Origin: Bugula neritina
Taxonomy: Eukaryota; Animalia; Bryozoa
Length of the DNA stretch: 64,000 nt
NCBI GenBank assembly: GCA_964035545.1
Contig: OZ037767.1
Coordinates: 3,173,680 to 3,237,679 of the forward strand
Direction: 5' to 3'
In this document: positions 1 to 13,386 of the stretch, piece by piece
How positions within the stretch are numbered: position 1 is the first letter of the stretch
How the letters are laid out: every line of letters starts with the position of its first letter
Notes under the pieces: model-generated
The model's input: only the letters and a program-made list of their open reading frames with translations
Database searches by the model: none
What the model was told of the DNA's origin: nothing
Made by a program: the position numbers and the translations under genes

Positions 1-465
1 TATCTTATAAAAGCTGGGTGTTAGTAAACAGCGCCTGTGGTTTTCATAAGCTGGTTAATCTATTGGAACTTGATCACACATTATACTAAAATAAACATTG
101 TCAAAGAAGCCATGGTAAATTGAAAACCCAAAGCAACTACAAATGCCAGAAACATTTTAGTAGATACATAATTCCTAACCCAAAAGTCAATAGACTTTGA
201 GCAAGTTACAACTAAATAAGTTCTACGTGCACTGAATATGTTTCAATCAGGAAGGAAATGCAAGTGCTTACAGATAGGAGCTATATGTTTGTGGTAAGGA
301 GTCTAAGAGGTAAGTAGAGTGAGTAAGTAAGAGCTACATGTCCATGACGTAGTAGGAAGAAGTTGAGTATCCAGTCAATACACACCCTTACTAGTAATTA
401 CCAGAAACTGAGTTAAATGAAAATAGAGAGGAAAAACTGTTGTATCTCTGTCAGCATAAAGTATA

Positions 466-560
466 TATATTGATATGATATTTTGATATTGATATGATGA
501 TATTGATATGATATATTGATATTGATATTGATATGATGATATTGATATGTTAATATTGAT
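466..560. repeat. (GATATT)n degenerate hexamer microsatellite in a USP34 intron
   Basis: Directly visible tandem gatatt/gatgat units. It explains the spurious ORF 375..611. Confidence 0.85.
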
Positions 561-706
561 AGATATGTTAATCGTCTTTAGCTTCAGTTTTTCAAGTAGA
601 AGAGAAAACATAAATACTACATCTAGCTAGAAAGAAGAACGGATCTACACTAGCACAACTAACTACCCAATACATTGGTTGCAGTATACCAGTAGCCGTG
701 ACTTAC

Positions 707-2362
707 ATTAGATAGGAAATGTACAATGTGACTGAGTAACGGTATGGACAGTCTGTGGGAATACTCTTCAAAGCACTTTTTAATAGCCTGAGGCCCACCG
801 GAATCACAAAAGAAACAGACATTTCTCAATAGCATGACCGACAATGAGTCAGGGTCCTGTAAAGTATAGCATAGGAAACTCAACTCAGGAATACAACGTG
901 CCACTAAAAATCCCATTGCTCATGAGTGTTGAAATCAGAGTAGGAAACAAACAAATCGCAGTTTCGTTATGAAAATGATGAATTGAAAGTTAATATGACA
1001 GATCAAGTTGTATATATATGTCATTGACGTTCACAATTTGTTAATTCATGGATTCAGAAAATAAAAAATATTACCTTAATTCAAGTTCAAAAAACCTTAG
1101 AAAAACATGAAATAACCCGGCTAAATCATAACATCTAATAATTATAAAAAAATGAAAAAGGCATTCAAACAACTTCAATTAAATTTTACCAAGTGTCTAT
1201 TAAATATATTTTGTATTAAAGATTTCAAAAATTCCCATATTAACTGTAAAACTTGCTAGTCAAGTGTGAAAAGCAGCATATGATATGAGAACTCTACACT
1301 TACCCCTGAATCCACATCACAGTACGTGGCCAAGATGGCCGAGTCCTGAGCAGACAATTCCTAAAAAACACGTTGGTAAGAATGGAGAGCAAGATATACT
1401 GACTTTCCAAGGACAAATTAAAAACTTTCTATTCATTCTGGGTAAAACATGATGGCTTGTGCATTTTTGTTGCACATAAGAACTTGCAGTGAGAATGATT
1501 AGTAAGATAACTGCAGCAGATAACAAACATACCTCGATGCCGCATATGCGATTATGTTTACACAGTATATACAGCGGGAATGTCATCATCATTGCGTTAC
1601 TAAGAAATATGAGTAGATGCTCCAGTTCCGTCACCGTCCACACCGCATCTCTAGCCTCTTTCTCATTCTCCGAATCTTCGTCCTCCGCACTAACGTTGAA
1701 AAAAATCGTAATTTAGGATTATATAAACAATCAACATGTTACTGCCTAAAAGCAGCAACATAAAAATATGCATATGTATATTTCAGAACAGATGTACTTG
1801 ACGAAGCAAATTATTTTTTAAAAATAATTGTTATGGAATACTACTTTCATGTAAATAAAACCTGACTAGCAACAAAAGCTGCTCAATACCACAGAGATAT
1901 GATATGTGATGAACAACAGCCAATTTACTCACGGAATATTTGTGTTGGTTATCTTGTTTTCATCATTGAAGTTTTGCAACAAACTTATTGCAGTCACAAT
2001 TAGTGTCTGTAGAATGTTATTGTATGCCTCATAATTTCTCGTATCCTTGAAGCAACACAAGCATTGCTTTTGGTTCCACAGCAAAGGGAACCGTATGTTG
2101 GCCTTGACATCTTTTTTTGTGAGAGTGAAGGGTCGAGATTCACTTTTGCATTGAAGATCTGTATTTATATTTTTACAGATTACTCTATTTGGTATTAACA
2201 ATGCAGAAGTAGTATACAGCATGCGATATAATATGCTGATAGTTGATAGCCTTTACATATGGCATCACTCATTGTGAAAAACATAACTAAATGTAGAATT
2301 AAGTTCAACATATACTTACAAAACTTTATTTGCTTGTGAACATCTTTGCATACTTCACACAT
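707..2362 (-). CDS. USP34: Ubiquitin carboxyl-terminal hydrolase 34, N-terminal 5 coding exons (gene continues beyond the left edge)
   Basis: Exons 2362-2320, 2158-1933, 1689-1533, 1360-1304 and 856-707 join in phase through GT-AG introns (633 nt). They give MCEVCKDVHKQIKF..WNQKQCLCCFKD..WTVTELEHLL..FPLYILCKH..IEELSAQDSAILATYCD..LLRNVCFFC..CFE..FLSN, which parallels the USP34 N-terminus as I recall it (MCENC..WTQRQCLCCFKE..FPLYTAYKH..ILGAFCD..LLRYVCLFC). An acceptor near 2370 implies an upstream non-coding exon. Confidence 0.9.
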
Positions 2363-2629
2363 TGTGATCCTGTTTCAAAGACAACAATGGCATGAGCAGA
2401 AACGATAAGTGAGTTGCACCCACTATGAACGTCAATGTCACGGTTAGGATAGAAGTAGGGGCATCAGCTCAGGAAAGTCAGTAACACTAAGACTAAGTCA
2501 AATTCGTACTGTAAGAAACACAGAGCTAATGAGAATTGTTCAAGTTTTACAGCTTCTTGTAATTATTATTATCGATATAATTATTTATATGATACATCAA
2601 GTAATAACTTATTTCAACTATATGATTAG

Positions 2630-3570
2630 CTAACAACTATTAGTATTAGTATTACTCATAAGTGATAGTCATAGTCGCAATCTTAACATTAACTACAGCC
2701 TTGCTCCTAAAAGCATAATACTTATACTTTAGGTTTTGACTCTTACTTGTACAGCTAGTAATTTAGCATTAATAATAATATAGTTACACTTACTGTTAGT
2801 TTTACTAATTATTAGTATTACTATAAGTATAATAATAATTACAATAGTCACAGTCAATGTCATGGTAATAGCCACTTTAAAGTTTAAACTAAGACTTACA
2901 ACTCCTCCTAATGATAATTTATTAGACTTAGTCACTGTCAGAGCGATAGTCTAAGTCTTACTCAAACAACAAATCCAATAATTTAACTTGAAGAAACTTC
3001 ATCAATCAAACCTACTACCTTAGAGTTAAAGTTAATAACTATCCCTTACCCTAAAACTATAAATTAAAAACTAGAAGTAATAATTGAACTAAAATAAAAC
3101 CTAACCGGCTAACATACAGGTACACCCTGACTTACAGTTACTGTAACCCTTACAGTTAGTGTTACTCTTAGAGTTAGTCTTACTGTTTCAGTTTGTGTTC
3201 CGGCGTTTGAATTAGTCCAACAATATTTGAGTATTACTATTTATATTAGTTTTATTATTACTACTAAAATTACTACTAAAATTACTATTAGTATTAGTAT
3301 TCCTATTAGTATTACACTTACAGTAATACTTTTACTTTTAGTTTTACTATGAGTATGTCTATAAGTATAACATTGACTATTACATTTTGATTTAGTTTTA
3401 CTGATTTAAGTTTACTGTAGTAGTACTCTGTATTACTATTAGTATTACTATAAGTATAACTGCGTCTACCAGTATTAGTATTATATTTACTATTTAGTAT
3501 CAAACTAAAACGTAAACTCAAACTGAAACTGAAAGTGTAAACTAAAACTGTAAGTATAAACTTGAAACAC
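2630..3570. repeat. Low-complexity 6-bp-periodic AGTATT/AATACT/AGTAAT tract upstream of the USP34 start
   Basis: Repeated tagtat/tattag/ttacta/aaactg hexamers, e.g. 3230-3320 and 3420-3560. Confidence 0.7.
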
Positions 3571-4150
3571 ACCGACACTCACACTGAACATTAATTTCTA
3601 ACATAAAACGGAAAAATTGAAAATGAATAATTAAATCTTTAATTTATTATCGTATATTCATTATATATCATTGTGCTCATTAATATTTTTAGCATAACAA
3701 GCTTTTATCATTACGTTTAAAGTAATCGAGAGAAATACAACGCTTTGCACAAAAGCAAGAACGAAATATTAAAATAGCTAGCAAAATAGAAAGTTTTTAC
3801 TCGCTACTCTTTACATTAGGTTGAGGTTCTAAAGAACGTGGTAAGAAATGCGGTAGTCTCAATAACTCAACCAGTTTACGACTGATTCATATTTTAGTCT
3901 CAAATTCTTTAACTAAAAAATATATTTAATTAAAATTTTATAACAGCTTTAGAATAAATTAAAAATTTGTATTATACTTTGAACCAAAAACTTTCTAACA
4001 GCTATGACGTTAAAGGCTACTAGGCGGAGACCAAAGAAAAGTTTCCTATTCATTGGCTACGCTACTTTCACCCCACGTGTTATGGTCCAGACGACGAAAA
4101 TAATGATACCCATGCATCTGGGCAATACAAACTGTCAAAACTATTCAATA

Positions 4151-4495
4151 AGCCTAGGGCCACACGGTGCGTATTTTCGCATGCGAAAATTGAAATCACA
4201 AGTAGCAAAGGTGTCCACTGTGCGCGTTGAGAAAACCTTCGCACTTGTCGCTCTGCATTTTCAACGCAAGTGCGAATCGTCTCTGTCGTCGTCACCTAAT
4301 TGGCTGGTAGCTATTCAGCGAGCCCAATTTCTTTATTTAGTGCTATATTCCAGTAAATTGCGTTTTATTGAAAGCGAGTGCGATTTAAAAATGAAAGCTT
4401 TATTTATCACGCATCACTGACGCTACAGTGGACACCTTTGCTACTCCTGATTTTAATTTTCGCATGCGAAAATACGCACAGTGTGGCCCTAGGCT
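4151..4495. mobile_element. MITE (345 bp) with about 70-bp imperfect terminal inverted repeats and a TA target-site duplication
   Basis: Left end agcctagggccacacggtgcgtattttcgcatgcgaaaatt..agtagcaaaggtgtccactgt. The right end is its reverse complement, acagtggacacctttgctact..aattttcgcatgcgaaaatacgcacagtgtggccctaggct. TA at 4149-4150 and 4496-4497. GC-richer than the flanks, no transposase. Confidence 0.88.
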
Positions 4496-5221
4496 TAGCA
4501 GCATAAACATACAACTAGTTGCACTGGAAACCCTAATCGTTTAGTGCTCTTTGAAACTATACAATAAAGCAAGATAATAGGCCAAAACTTCTGTGCAGCT
4601 ATTAGTATTTTTAAGAACTAGAGTGGTTGAGCTGGCAATGTTGGGATTAAGGAAATTGAGTAAGTTATTAAGTATACAGTATGAGTATAGGATATAGTGT
4701 GAGTGTACATGATATAATGTAGTTTTATACTTAACTGTATAAATTAATAATTTTAGTTCTCTACGTACATTAAAAGTATTATAATTTTCGACTGACCATT
4801 ATTTGATGTTTTTAGCCTAATTTCAGCTTTAAAGTTTTTTTTTATATTGCATATTTTTTGTTCTTTTCAATGATTTCTAATTTCGTAGAAAGGCAATCTT
4901 TGTCTTGTTTTCAAATTTCAACCCGCTTAAGTGTTTCATTACAGAATAGCAGAATTATGTAAATGATTTGCTAATTAATACAGTAGATCAGGTAACTGCA
5001 TGCCATACTATGGCTAAGCTCTAGGGCTAAACTCATGCATGCAGCTTCTACCTGTAGTTATCATCATTAAAGGTTTGAATTTGATAAAAAGTAGTTTACT
5101 TATTTAGGCCTACTGCTATTTATTAAAAGTTCCATATTATATTTAGGCAGGAGAGTTGTCCAGTATGTAAAAATGACTGAAAAATAGACTGAGAACTTAA
5201 CAACAAGGAGAAGCAAATAAT

Positions 5222-8200
5222 ATGGTGATGTACCCTCTAATCTTTCTTATACATATTCTAATATTCTTTCCACTGCCGACCCATTCATTGTCCTGTGCCA
5301 GCTGTCAGCGTGTCAACTGCCCGGTGGTTACTGACTGTGACGCCGGCATGACTTTAGACGTCTGTAACTGTTGCCCAGTTTGTGCTCAAGGTGAAGGAGA
5401 TAAGTGCGGAGGAAGCTTTGACATAGATGGCAAATGCGGGCTCGGTCTATATTGTGATCAGCAGGCTAAGCAAATTGGCATATGCAAAGGTTAGTGTAAA
5501 AATAAGTGTTCAATAATGTAATTTATAACACCAATGAAGAGAGTCATGTTGCGGTGAGAAAATCTGTAATAACATTCACAAAGTTGGGTATAAAATTGTA
5601 AAAGCCTTCCTGAAATATAGATCTTGTAAATATGCTTTCCACACATCTATATCAGGTTTAATAGACAATGTCTAGAACGTGTCTATCTGTTCAACAGACA
5701 CAATATAGAACTTGTTTATATGTGGTTGTGACAGACACATAAATAGAGCTTCATCGGAACTGTGAATACAGATAATTATTGAATTTAACCAGTATATGAC
5801 ATTTTCATTATAAGTTAAATCCCACATCAGTCATGAAGATCTCCAGGTATTGTTTTAGTTTAATAGTTTGAGCTGCTGCTCAAACTAACGATAGCCAAGA
5901 TGCCTATCTCTACGCTCACAGATATCGATATGTGTCACAGTTGATGCAGCTTTGTACACAGTTTTATCTTTAGGACTGCATAGGTGAAGGCTTAGTGTAG
6001 CTTTACTCTCAGTTCTATATAATGTTATATGCCTGCTTTGCCTATTGTCAGAGGTGATTAATATTGGTATGTCAATATTACTGAGCAAACAACCCAGCCT
6101 TAAGTGGCTCTTTCAACTGCTCATATGACTCTTGAAACACAAAGTTGTGTCAGAAAAAAATGCAGTGAAACAAAGTTGTAGTACCTATTATAGTGTCAGC
6201 CGTAACCATAGTAACCTTACAAGTAATCATCATGCTGAAAAGCATGCAGGTGGTATTAATAGGCATTTGGAAGGAAGCCACCTGACTGACTGCTTTGCTG
6301 CAACTAAGTGAATGTTTAAATGTGCAGCTAACAAATATTTCTAACCATTCTTCAATTTATTCTCCTTCCCCACATCTATCTATACATATCTTGGCAGAAA
6401 ATATACTTGTCTTTTTGCAAAGATATAAGTGATAGGTGTGTTTTTGCTTTTAACCAAAATTAAGTCCAGCATTGTTTGGAAATGGCCATAAGATAGTTTT
6501 AACTTACAATAAGAGGTTTTAGGTTACATGTTTGAAAACCCCACCTGTTTGTTTACATGGTTTGCATGATGCAAAGGATGATAATGTGTGAACTACAGTG
6601 TTTAGTTCTAATTACTGCTAATTACCCCTCTTTATAATGCAGTATAATATCCCTTTTAAATTTCTATTTTGAAGACTGTCCTAATAAAAATATTGATTTT
6701 AGCTTATAATGAAATTTCATGTATTCTCTATTCAAATTTAAGCTAATATCTTTTCACAACACAGACAAGCTAATTAATATAATGGACACTTATCACTCTG
6801 TCTGCAATATGTCTGTATAGCATCTTAGGAAAAACTGTTTTTGTTTCTGTATATTATTTCTGTAATGAACCTAAATTCACAAACAAACACCAAAATTGCT
6901 AATTAGTTTGTTTTTCTGTCATATTCTTGGACATAATATGTTTGCAGACCTGCTAATTTACCCTAGTTTTGTTTGCAAGGGATATATCCTTCATTCACAC
7001 CTTTGTGTGCACAAATTTTGCTTGGTTTACCCACATACTTAGTCATAGCCAATTATGGCTATAAAAAGGCTAAAACACGTATTATTTAACATCAGTCAAT
7101 CTCCTCGGTGTTTTTTTTTAAAAAAAAACAGGAATGCTTGTGAAGTTATTCTCTTTTAAATAAAGAAAGTTATAAGCCAATTGACACATCTGCAATATAA
7201 TAGTATATAATTATAAGCACAATTGTAGCAGCAATATGTGTAATGCATGGTAGTAGTACAAACAATACGACAGTATATTCCAGAGATATATTTTAACTTT
7301 AAATGTAGCCTAATTGGTACGCAAAATTTGGTTACCTATGCACTATAAGATGTGAAACTTTTTATTCTGTGTAACTTATACATTAATATATACACCTACA
7401 CTGAAGTAAAAAGTTTCAATTTCTAAAATGTATTCTAACTTATAAAGGTATTTTAATTTAATTATAACTTCAAACTAAAACAAATGTTTGCTACAAAAGA
7501 ATGTTTTCTATTGGTGTAGAACATAGATAGGATCGAACCATCACAAATTACCAACTGATCACAATGAGAGTTTCATTATATTTCCCTTTAAAATGGTTAA
7601 CAAAATATTGTCCATGTAAAAAAACACTGGCATATTTATTATTGAAAGCAATGCATCATATCAAGTATAAACTTGACGATATAATAATGTATTGTAATGT
7701 GTAATATAATTCTATAGAGTAGAATTATGGCTCTGGAGTTGAGAGTTTCCAGATCACATTGTAAAGTATATACGTGTTTTTAGATGAAAATTCTATCCAC
7801 AAATCATGACACGTGAAAAGAGAAAGTAAAGTAACTGTACCCAAAATATCAAAAAATGTTGCTAAAAATGCTTGTACCTAAAAAATATAAAATTTCTATT
7901 ATTCTAAAAGGTTGACCTCCAATGTGAAAGACTGATCAAATTAATGTCAATCAGAAATTAGTGGAGTGTGGCAAGATAAGGCATGATGATACACGAGTTA
8001 TTGTTTCCTTCTAGGGTTTTACAAAAAATACAGTGTTTATCTAAATTTTCATAACATCTTTCCTATAACTATTTAACATCGTATTTTTAATAAATGTAGT
8101 GAGAAAGAAAATGTAAATGTGAAAAATACTTCCTTAACAATTATTTATGATGCTAAATCACCTTTAACCTCCAGTAAGTACAATAGCAATATATCCAGCA

Positions 8201-11200
8201 TATCCATGTGAAAGACGCCATTGTAGGAAACTTTGCATGCTGTCCAATCAGCAGTGGGTGGTTGGCAGTCATATTGGAAAGCATAGGTTTTTCAATGAAA
8301 AGTTGTAAAATTTGAGTGATTATGCTTACAAGTTAATAAAGCAATTTATCTCCTTTGATTTACACTTTTTATGATTCTGTCTTGGCCTTGAGAATTGATT
8401 TATAACATTTTTTTGCAACTTAAAAGCCTCTATAGATTGCTTCTAGCTTCATGCTATTGGCAAACAGTTCTCAATATATAACTATATATACTCTAACCTA
8501 TGTATAGGGCTTTCGTATTTAAACTATATAATATACTCTAACCTATGTATAGGGCTTTCGTATTTAAACTATATATACTCTAACCTATGTATAGGGCTTT
8601 CGTACTTCAGCATGTTCTACAATCCACGCTTTAAACTAAACCGATAATCTTCTTTTCCTACTCTATGCACATGTGAGGTACGTTATCTGTACTAGTTATC
8701 ACACACAGTCTACTTGTAGCGTGTACTGAAGTGATCTACTCCGGATGTACAGTGGTCCACGGGATCTGCCAGTGTGGCAATTCTTGCACTCGCTCGTTTG
8801 ACTTTGCCGATAAGGAGTCTTGTCTCAACTCAGTCCTTACTCAAGGTGAGTCTAAGTCAGCACGCTGCCTTTCTAGACTGATAATAAAGACCTCCACTGG
8901 CTTAGATAGCTCACACGAATATTTGCTCTGGGAGATTTGATTTTGGTTCCTATAAACTATGTAGAGATAAAGGTTGTCCTGGACTGTGTTGATAGACTTG
9001 TTAATTTTATTTTCCAACATACTAAGTGTACTCTAGTTGAGTAACACTCAAGTGCTTTGTATAAGATGCCTTACAAGGAATTTTCTCCCCTGGCTGTGTG
9101 CCATACATGACCTATCCTATTATTGGAAATTAGATATTCAAATGTTTTCTGTATTACAACACACGAGAAAACTATAAAGTATAATAGTAGTGTGTGTGAG
9201 TAAAGAAGTAATTTTAAAAATAGACTGGTAATAAGTAGCTATGGCATGCATGTCAATACTCAAACTTTAGAATATTTTAAATGTAGCTTATCAGATAATA
9301 TTCTCCTTTGCAATGTGTTGGTAGAGTGGAGGAGATAAGCCTGTACGGTTTGATTACAAAATGAGATGATATTGATTTGATAATAACAATAAAACTGTCA
9401 AATTTGTAAACCTATTACAATTAGTTTGCCTTGTGGCAATAGTGCAGCCTCTATATAGAAATAGAGCTAACTAGGCATAATAGGTTGTGTATCAGTGTGA
9501 TATTGCATGGTTTCGTACAAAATTGGCCACTCTCACTTTTCACCAGATAAAAAGTAAACTTTCTGTTGATAAATGAGGACTAGAGTTTGATGAGGATTAG
9601 TTCAAGGTCATACAAAGAGACTGTATTTTTTCTTACAGATTCCCTCGTACATTTCATTCATGCAGCATTTTAATGGTCATATACTTTTAGCTATCAGCTA
9701 AATACAACTTCAGGATGGTATACCCAAGCATATTGGTTTTATTGGCATATTATGCTAATGCTGATGCTCATTGTATTATACGACTACTTGGGCATACTAT
9801 TCTTGAATTGTATTTATAACTGTTGGCAACGATGTATACATATAAATATTATAGTACTGCTTAAACGAAGTGTGTCGAGGATTCTTTAAGAAAAAGAAAT
9901 GTCCAAAAGGATGTCAGATGATGCATTCACTAGATATTTTTGGCTTTCCATAAAACTATTATCAGCCTATTTTCATAGTTCACATATTTTTATGCTGAGC
10001 AACCTTGTTGAATCTATTGATGCAAAAATATGCCAAAAGTCAAAGACCTTAAAACTTGCACTTGAAAGATAAAGTGTTGTACAAATAAAGCTTGGAATTG
10101 ACTGAATGCATAACTGGACCTCACTCAGTTGTATCACCACAGGCACGTCCTACACATTATTCTGATCGGAAACTATTCGTAACTATGGGCGCATTGACAG
10201 CGCTGTTAGAAACATAATATCTAATGCAACATTGATCAGCTAAATTTAGCTGCAAATGATAATAGATATTTATTTATGAAGACTTTTTAAAGCAAAATAT
10301 GCCTTTATGAAGTACATGTATGTTCAGAGACAACTTTCCCCATTTTTATGTACCAGGCTTAGTAGTTGGGAACATACCAGCACTCAAAGAAGGGGAACTA
10401 CCCCCAAAATATTGATTGCACTTTGTGACTTTTAATGATAGGGTCATCTTGGCAAAACAGTGTCTAGAAGTGTTGAAGGATTGTCAGTAAATGTTGAATG
10501 CAGAATATGTTTCAACTTTAGAGATATCAGCAATATTAGACGCATGTGGTTTAGTGAGAAGCTCTAGCAAAAGAAGTTATGCTCTATTCGAAAGTTATTC
10601 TCCAATTCGAAAATCATAACGGCTATGCTAGCAACTGAATAAAATAGCTGGTGCCTTTCTTCAGAGTTATCACTGTAGCCATGTTGGATCGCTGTTCCTG
10701 TAACCATGTTGGATAATTGTTACTGTAGCCATGTTGGACTATAGTTACTGTCACCACATTCAAAGGTTGTTAACATGGGCCAGCTTTTCTCAGTATAGTT
10801 TGCTTATTAACTCGCTGCATACATTTCTGAAGGTGTAAAAAAGCTAAATTTCTTTCAATTTTAGACTACATATTTTTAGGAGTATATTAGTTCTGTATAT
10901 ACTAGTTTGAATGTTCACATGTACATATAATGCATTAGAGTAACACCTCTCTTACAGTGCCCGGTGCTAGATTGTTAAATTTTGGAGATGCAACTAGCAG
11001 TAGTATAATTATATTGAACTGCATTACAGGGGACACAGATTACTGCGCCAGGAAGCAATGTCCTGCTGATCCAATGACAGAATGCCCGGAAGACAGCTAC
11101 AGACCAGCTAAGAAACTGTCGTTAGACGGCTGCTGTCAGCTGCCACAACCGTGAGTTAACAACTTTAATTCATGTCAATACTCAGTCTATACACATACTT

Positions 11201-13329
11201 GTGCTTCATTTTAATGTTGTGTGAGAAAATCCAGATCATGGTTATATAATTGTGAGGCCTAGCTGCAAGTTTGATACCAGAAATAACATTTTTAATGCTT
11301 TTGATATCAAGTCAATATGATTGATGCATATTCTGAAGAAATACTTCTGATTCAATAGTCTACACTCTACACTGTAGTAAACCCTAATGGCGTAGTACAT
11401 CTAGGTTAGCTATATGGAAAAATGCAGGCAACTTCGCTATTAATACACAACACCCTATAAGTGTAAATAGAAATGTTGTTTGTTATAATTACAGTAAAAA
11501 ATGCAATAAATACATATTATTGTTTATAAAAAACATCTAGTTTCTTAAGGTAGGTTTCCTCATAATACAATTTTTAAACACAAAACAAACTTGGCATTTC
11601 AAAGTTTTAAAAGTACTAATCAACTAATAGAGATAGGTACAAGTCACTTTCTAAATACAAGACATTAAGATTCGCAACTTTAGCCCCAAATTATAAAGAT
11701 TGTTTGCTAATGATTATGTAACATATCACTCATAGTTGTGCCAAAAAGTCTGTTGTCACTTTGATTGTTTGTTACACTTACTATTCAGTTATTTAGTTGA
11801 CAGGTGATTATTGATAGATTATAACACACAATGAATGACCTGCATGACTTGGTTTACACTCCTTAATGTAATAATAGTAATGTAAGAGGTGTAGACCGTA
11901 ATTAATGTAATAATAGTAGTGTGACAATAAAGGTGTGGGAGTATTAAATTTACGTTCTTTTATAGTGTAAACTTATTGATTTGTGATAGCAGCTCTATAC
12001 TTACAACTGTGTAAAAGTAGTCATCAAATTCTACTCCCAACTTCAAGATAAATAACAAGTGACACAACTCCAATAAACGGTAAAAATGTACACACTATAA
12101 AACATTGTTTCCTTTGATTTTTTCTATAGTTACCTAAAGGGGATTTTTTGTTTTCTATTAAAGCAAATTTTTCAGGAGATAAAATATTATTAAAGGACTG
12201 AATAAACACAACTGAGCATGTACTATTTCGTTTTGTGATGTATATTGTACAGCACATAGTTCTCTGCATGCTAATTTTCAATCAAGTGAATTCACATAAA
12301 AACATGCCTCATAATAAAGAATTACAAAATGATATAATGGATCATCAATTGCTGATAATGTAATTGTAAGTGTGTATGCACTATTATAGACAAAATTCTG
12401 CATATGCAATGTACACTGATGTGTTCATAACCCAACAAGAAGTGATGCTATAGTAGTTATATTTCAGTTTCAGACGTTTAAAAAATTATAACAATCCAAT
12501 TGCAAAATAAAATGTTTCGTTATAATTATCAAATTTTAATGTGAAAATAAGTCTCATATTAATTTGATATTTCCGGTAGTATAATACCCCACCACTACTC
12601 TATTTGATTTAAGCTCAGGCTAGGGGCATATATTAAGGCTAGTAGTCTAGTATCATCAGAAATGAGGTGAATATTTCCAGCATTATCAGAGATAAATAGG
12701 ACAACTCTAGTGACTGAATATTGGTGTAATTATCACCAATGATCAAACGTATTATGTACAATGAAAACATCCTAGCAGTGTACTGAATTGAGAAGCTATT
12801 ATTCAATTAGTAACCCAACACTGTACACACTACTACTAGTTGCCAACAGTTCATCTAACATCCCTTCTATGAATGTACATTACGAATTCATGAAAACTAT
12901 GAAATTCCTGGTGTCAAATTTCATAAAAACAGCTGTTCAGGTAACTAAAGGAATTTTAATAAGTCATTACCTGACAAGTGATGAAATTTTATATCTTATT
13001 TCTAAGATATAGATTTCAGTTGTGGTTCTTTGCATAACAATCTTTTGGTATAATGATGATGATTGCAACTTCGAAGGTCTTTATCATATATCTGTAATTC
13101 CAGTTTAATATACTGATGGCATGTAGTAAGCCAAATTTAGTACATTTCACAGAAATGTAGTATAGTATTACATGCTATATTTTGTTGTTAAGAATAAAGT
13201 TTACAATAATTATTCATAGTTTTGTAGTTAAAGTTATTTTAGTAGTGCAGTAGTCCTTGCAAGTAAACTAATTAGATTCACTAATTAATATTAATTTATA
13301 GCACAAGCATTAGCAGTCTCAAAATTATA

Positions 13330-13386
<57 letters not shown>

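Noticed and set aside
2729-3578. Hydrophobic Ile/Val/Leu-rich ORFs as membrane proteins (also 52843..53076)
   Set aside because: Products of the hexamer-periodic low-complexity tracts.
4004-4420. 138-aa ORF as a transposase or novel gene
   Set aside because: Lies largely within the MITE, has no DDE or other recognisable motif, and is open because of locally higher GC.
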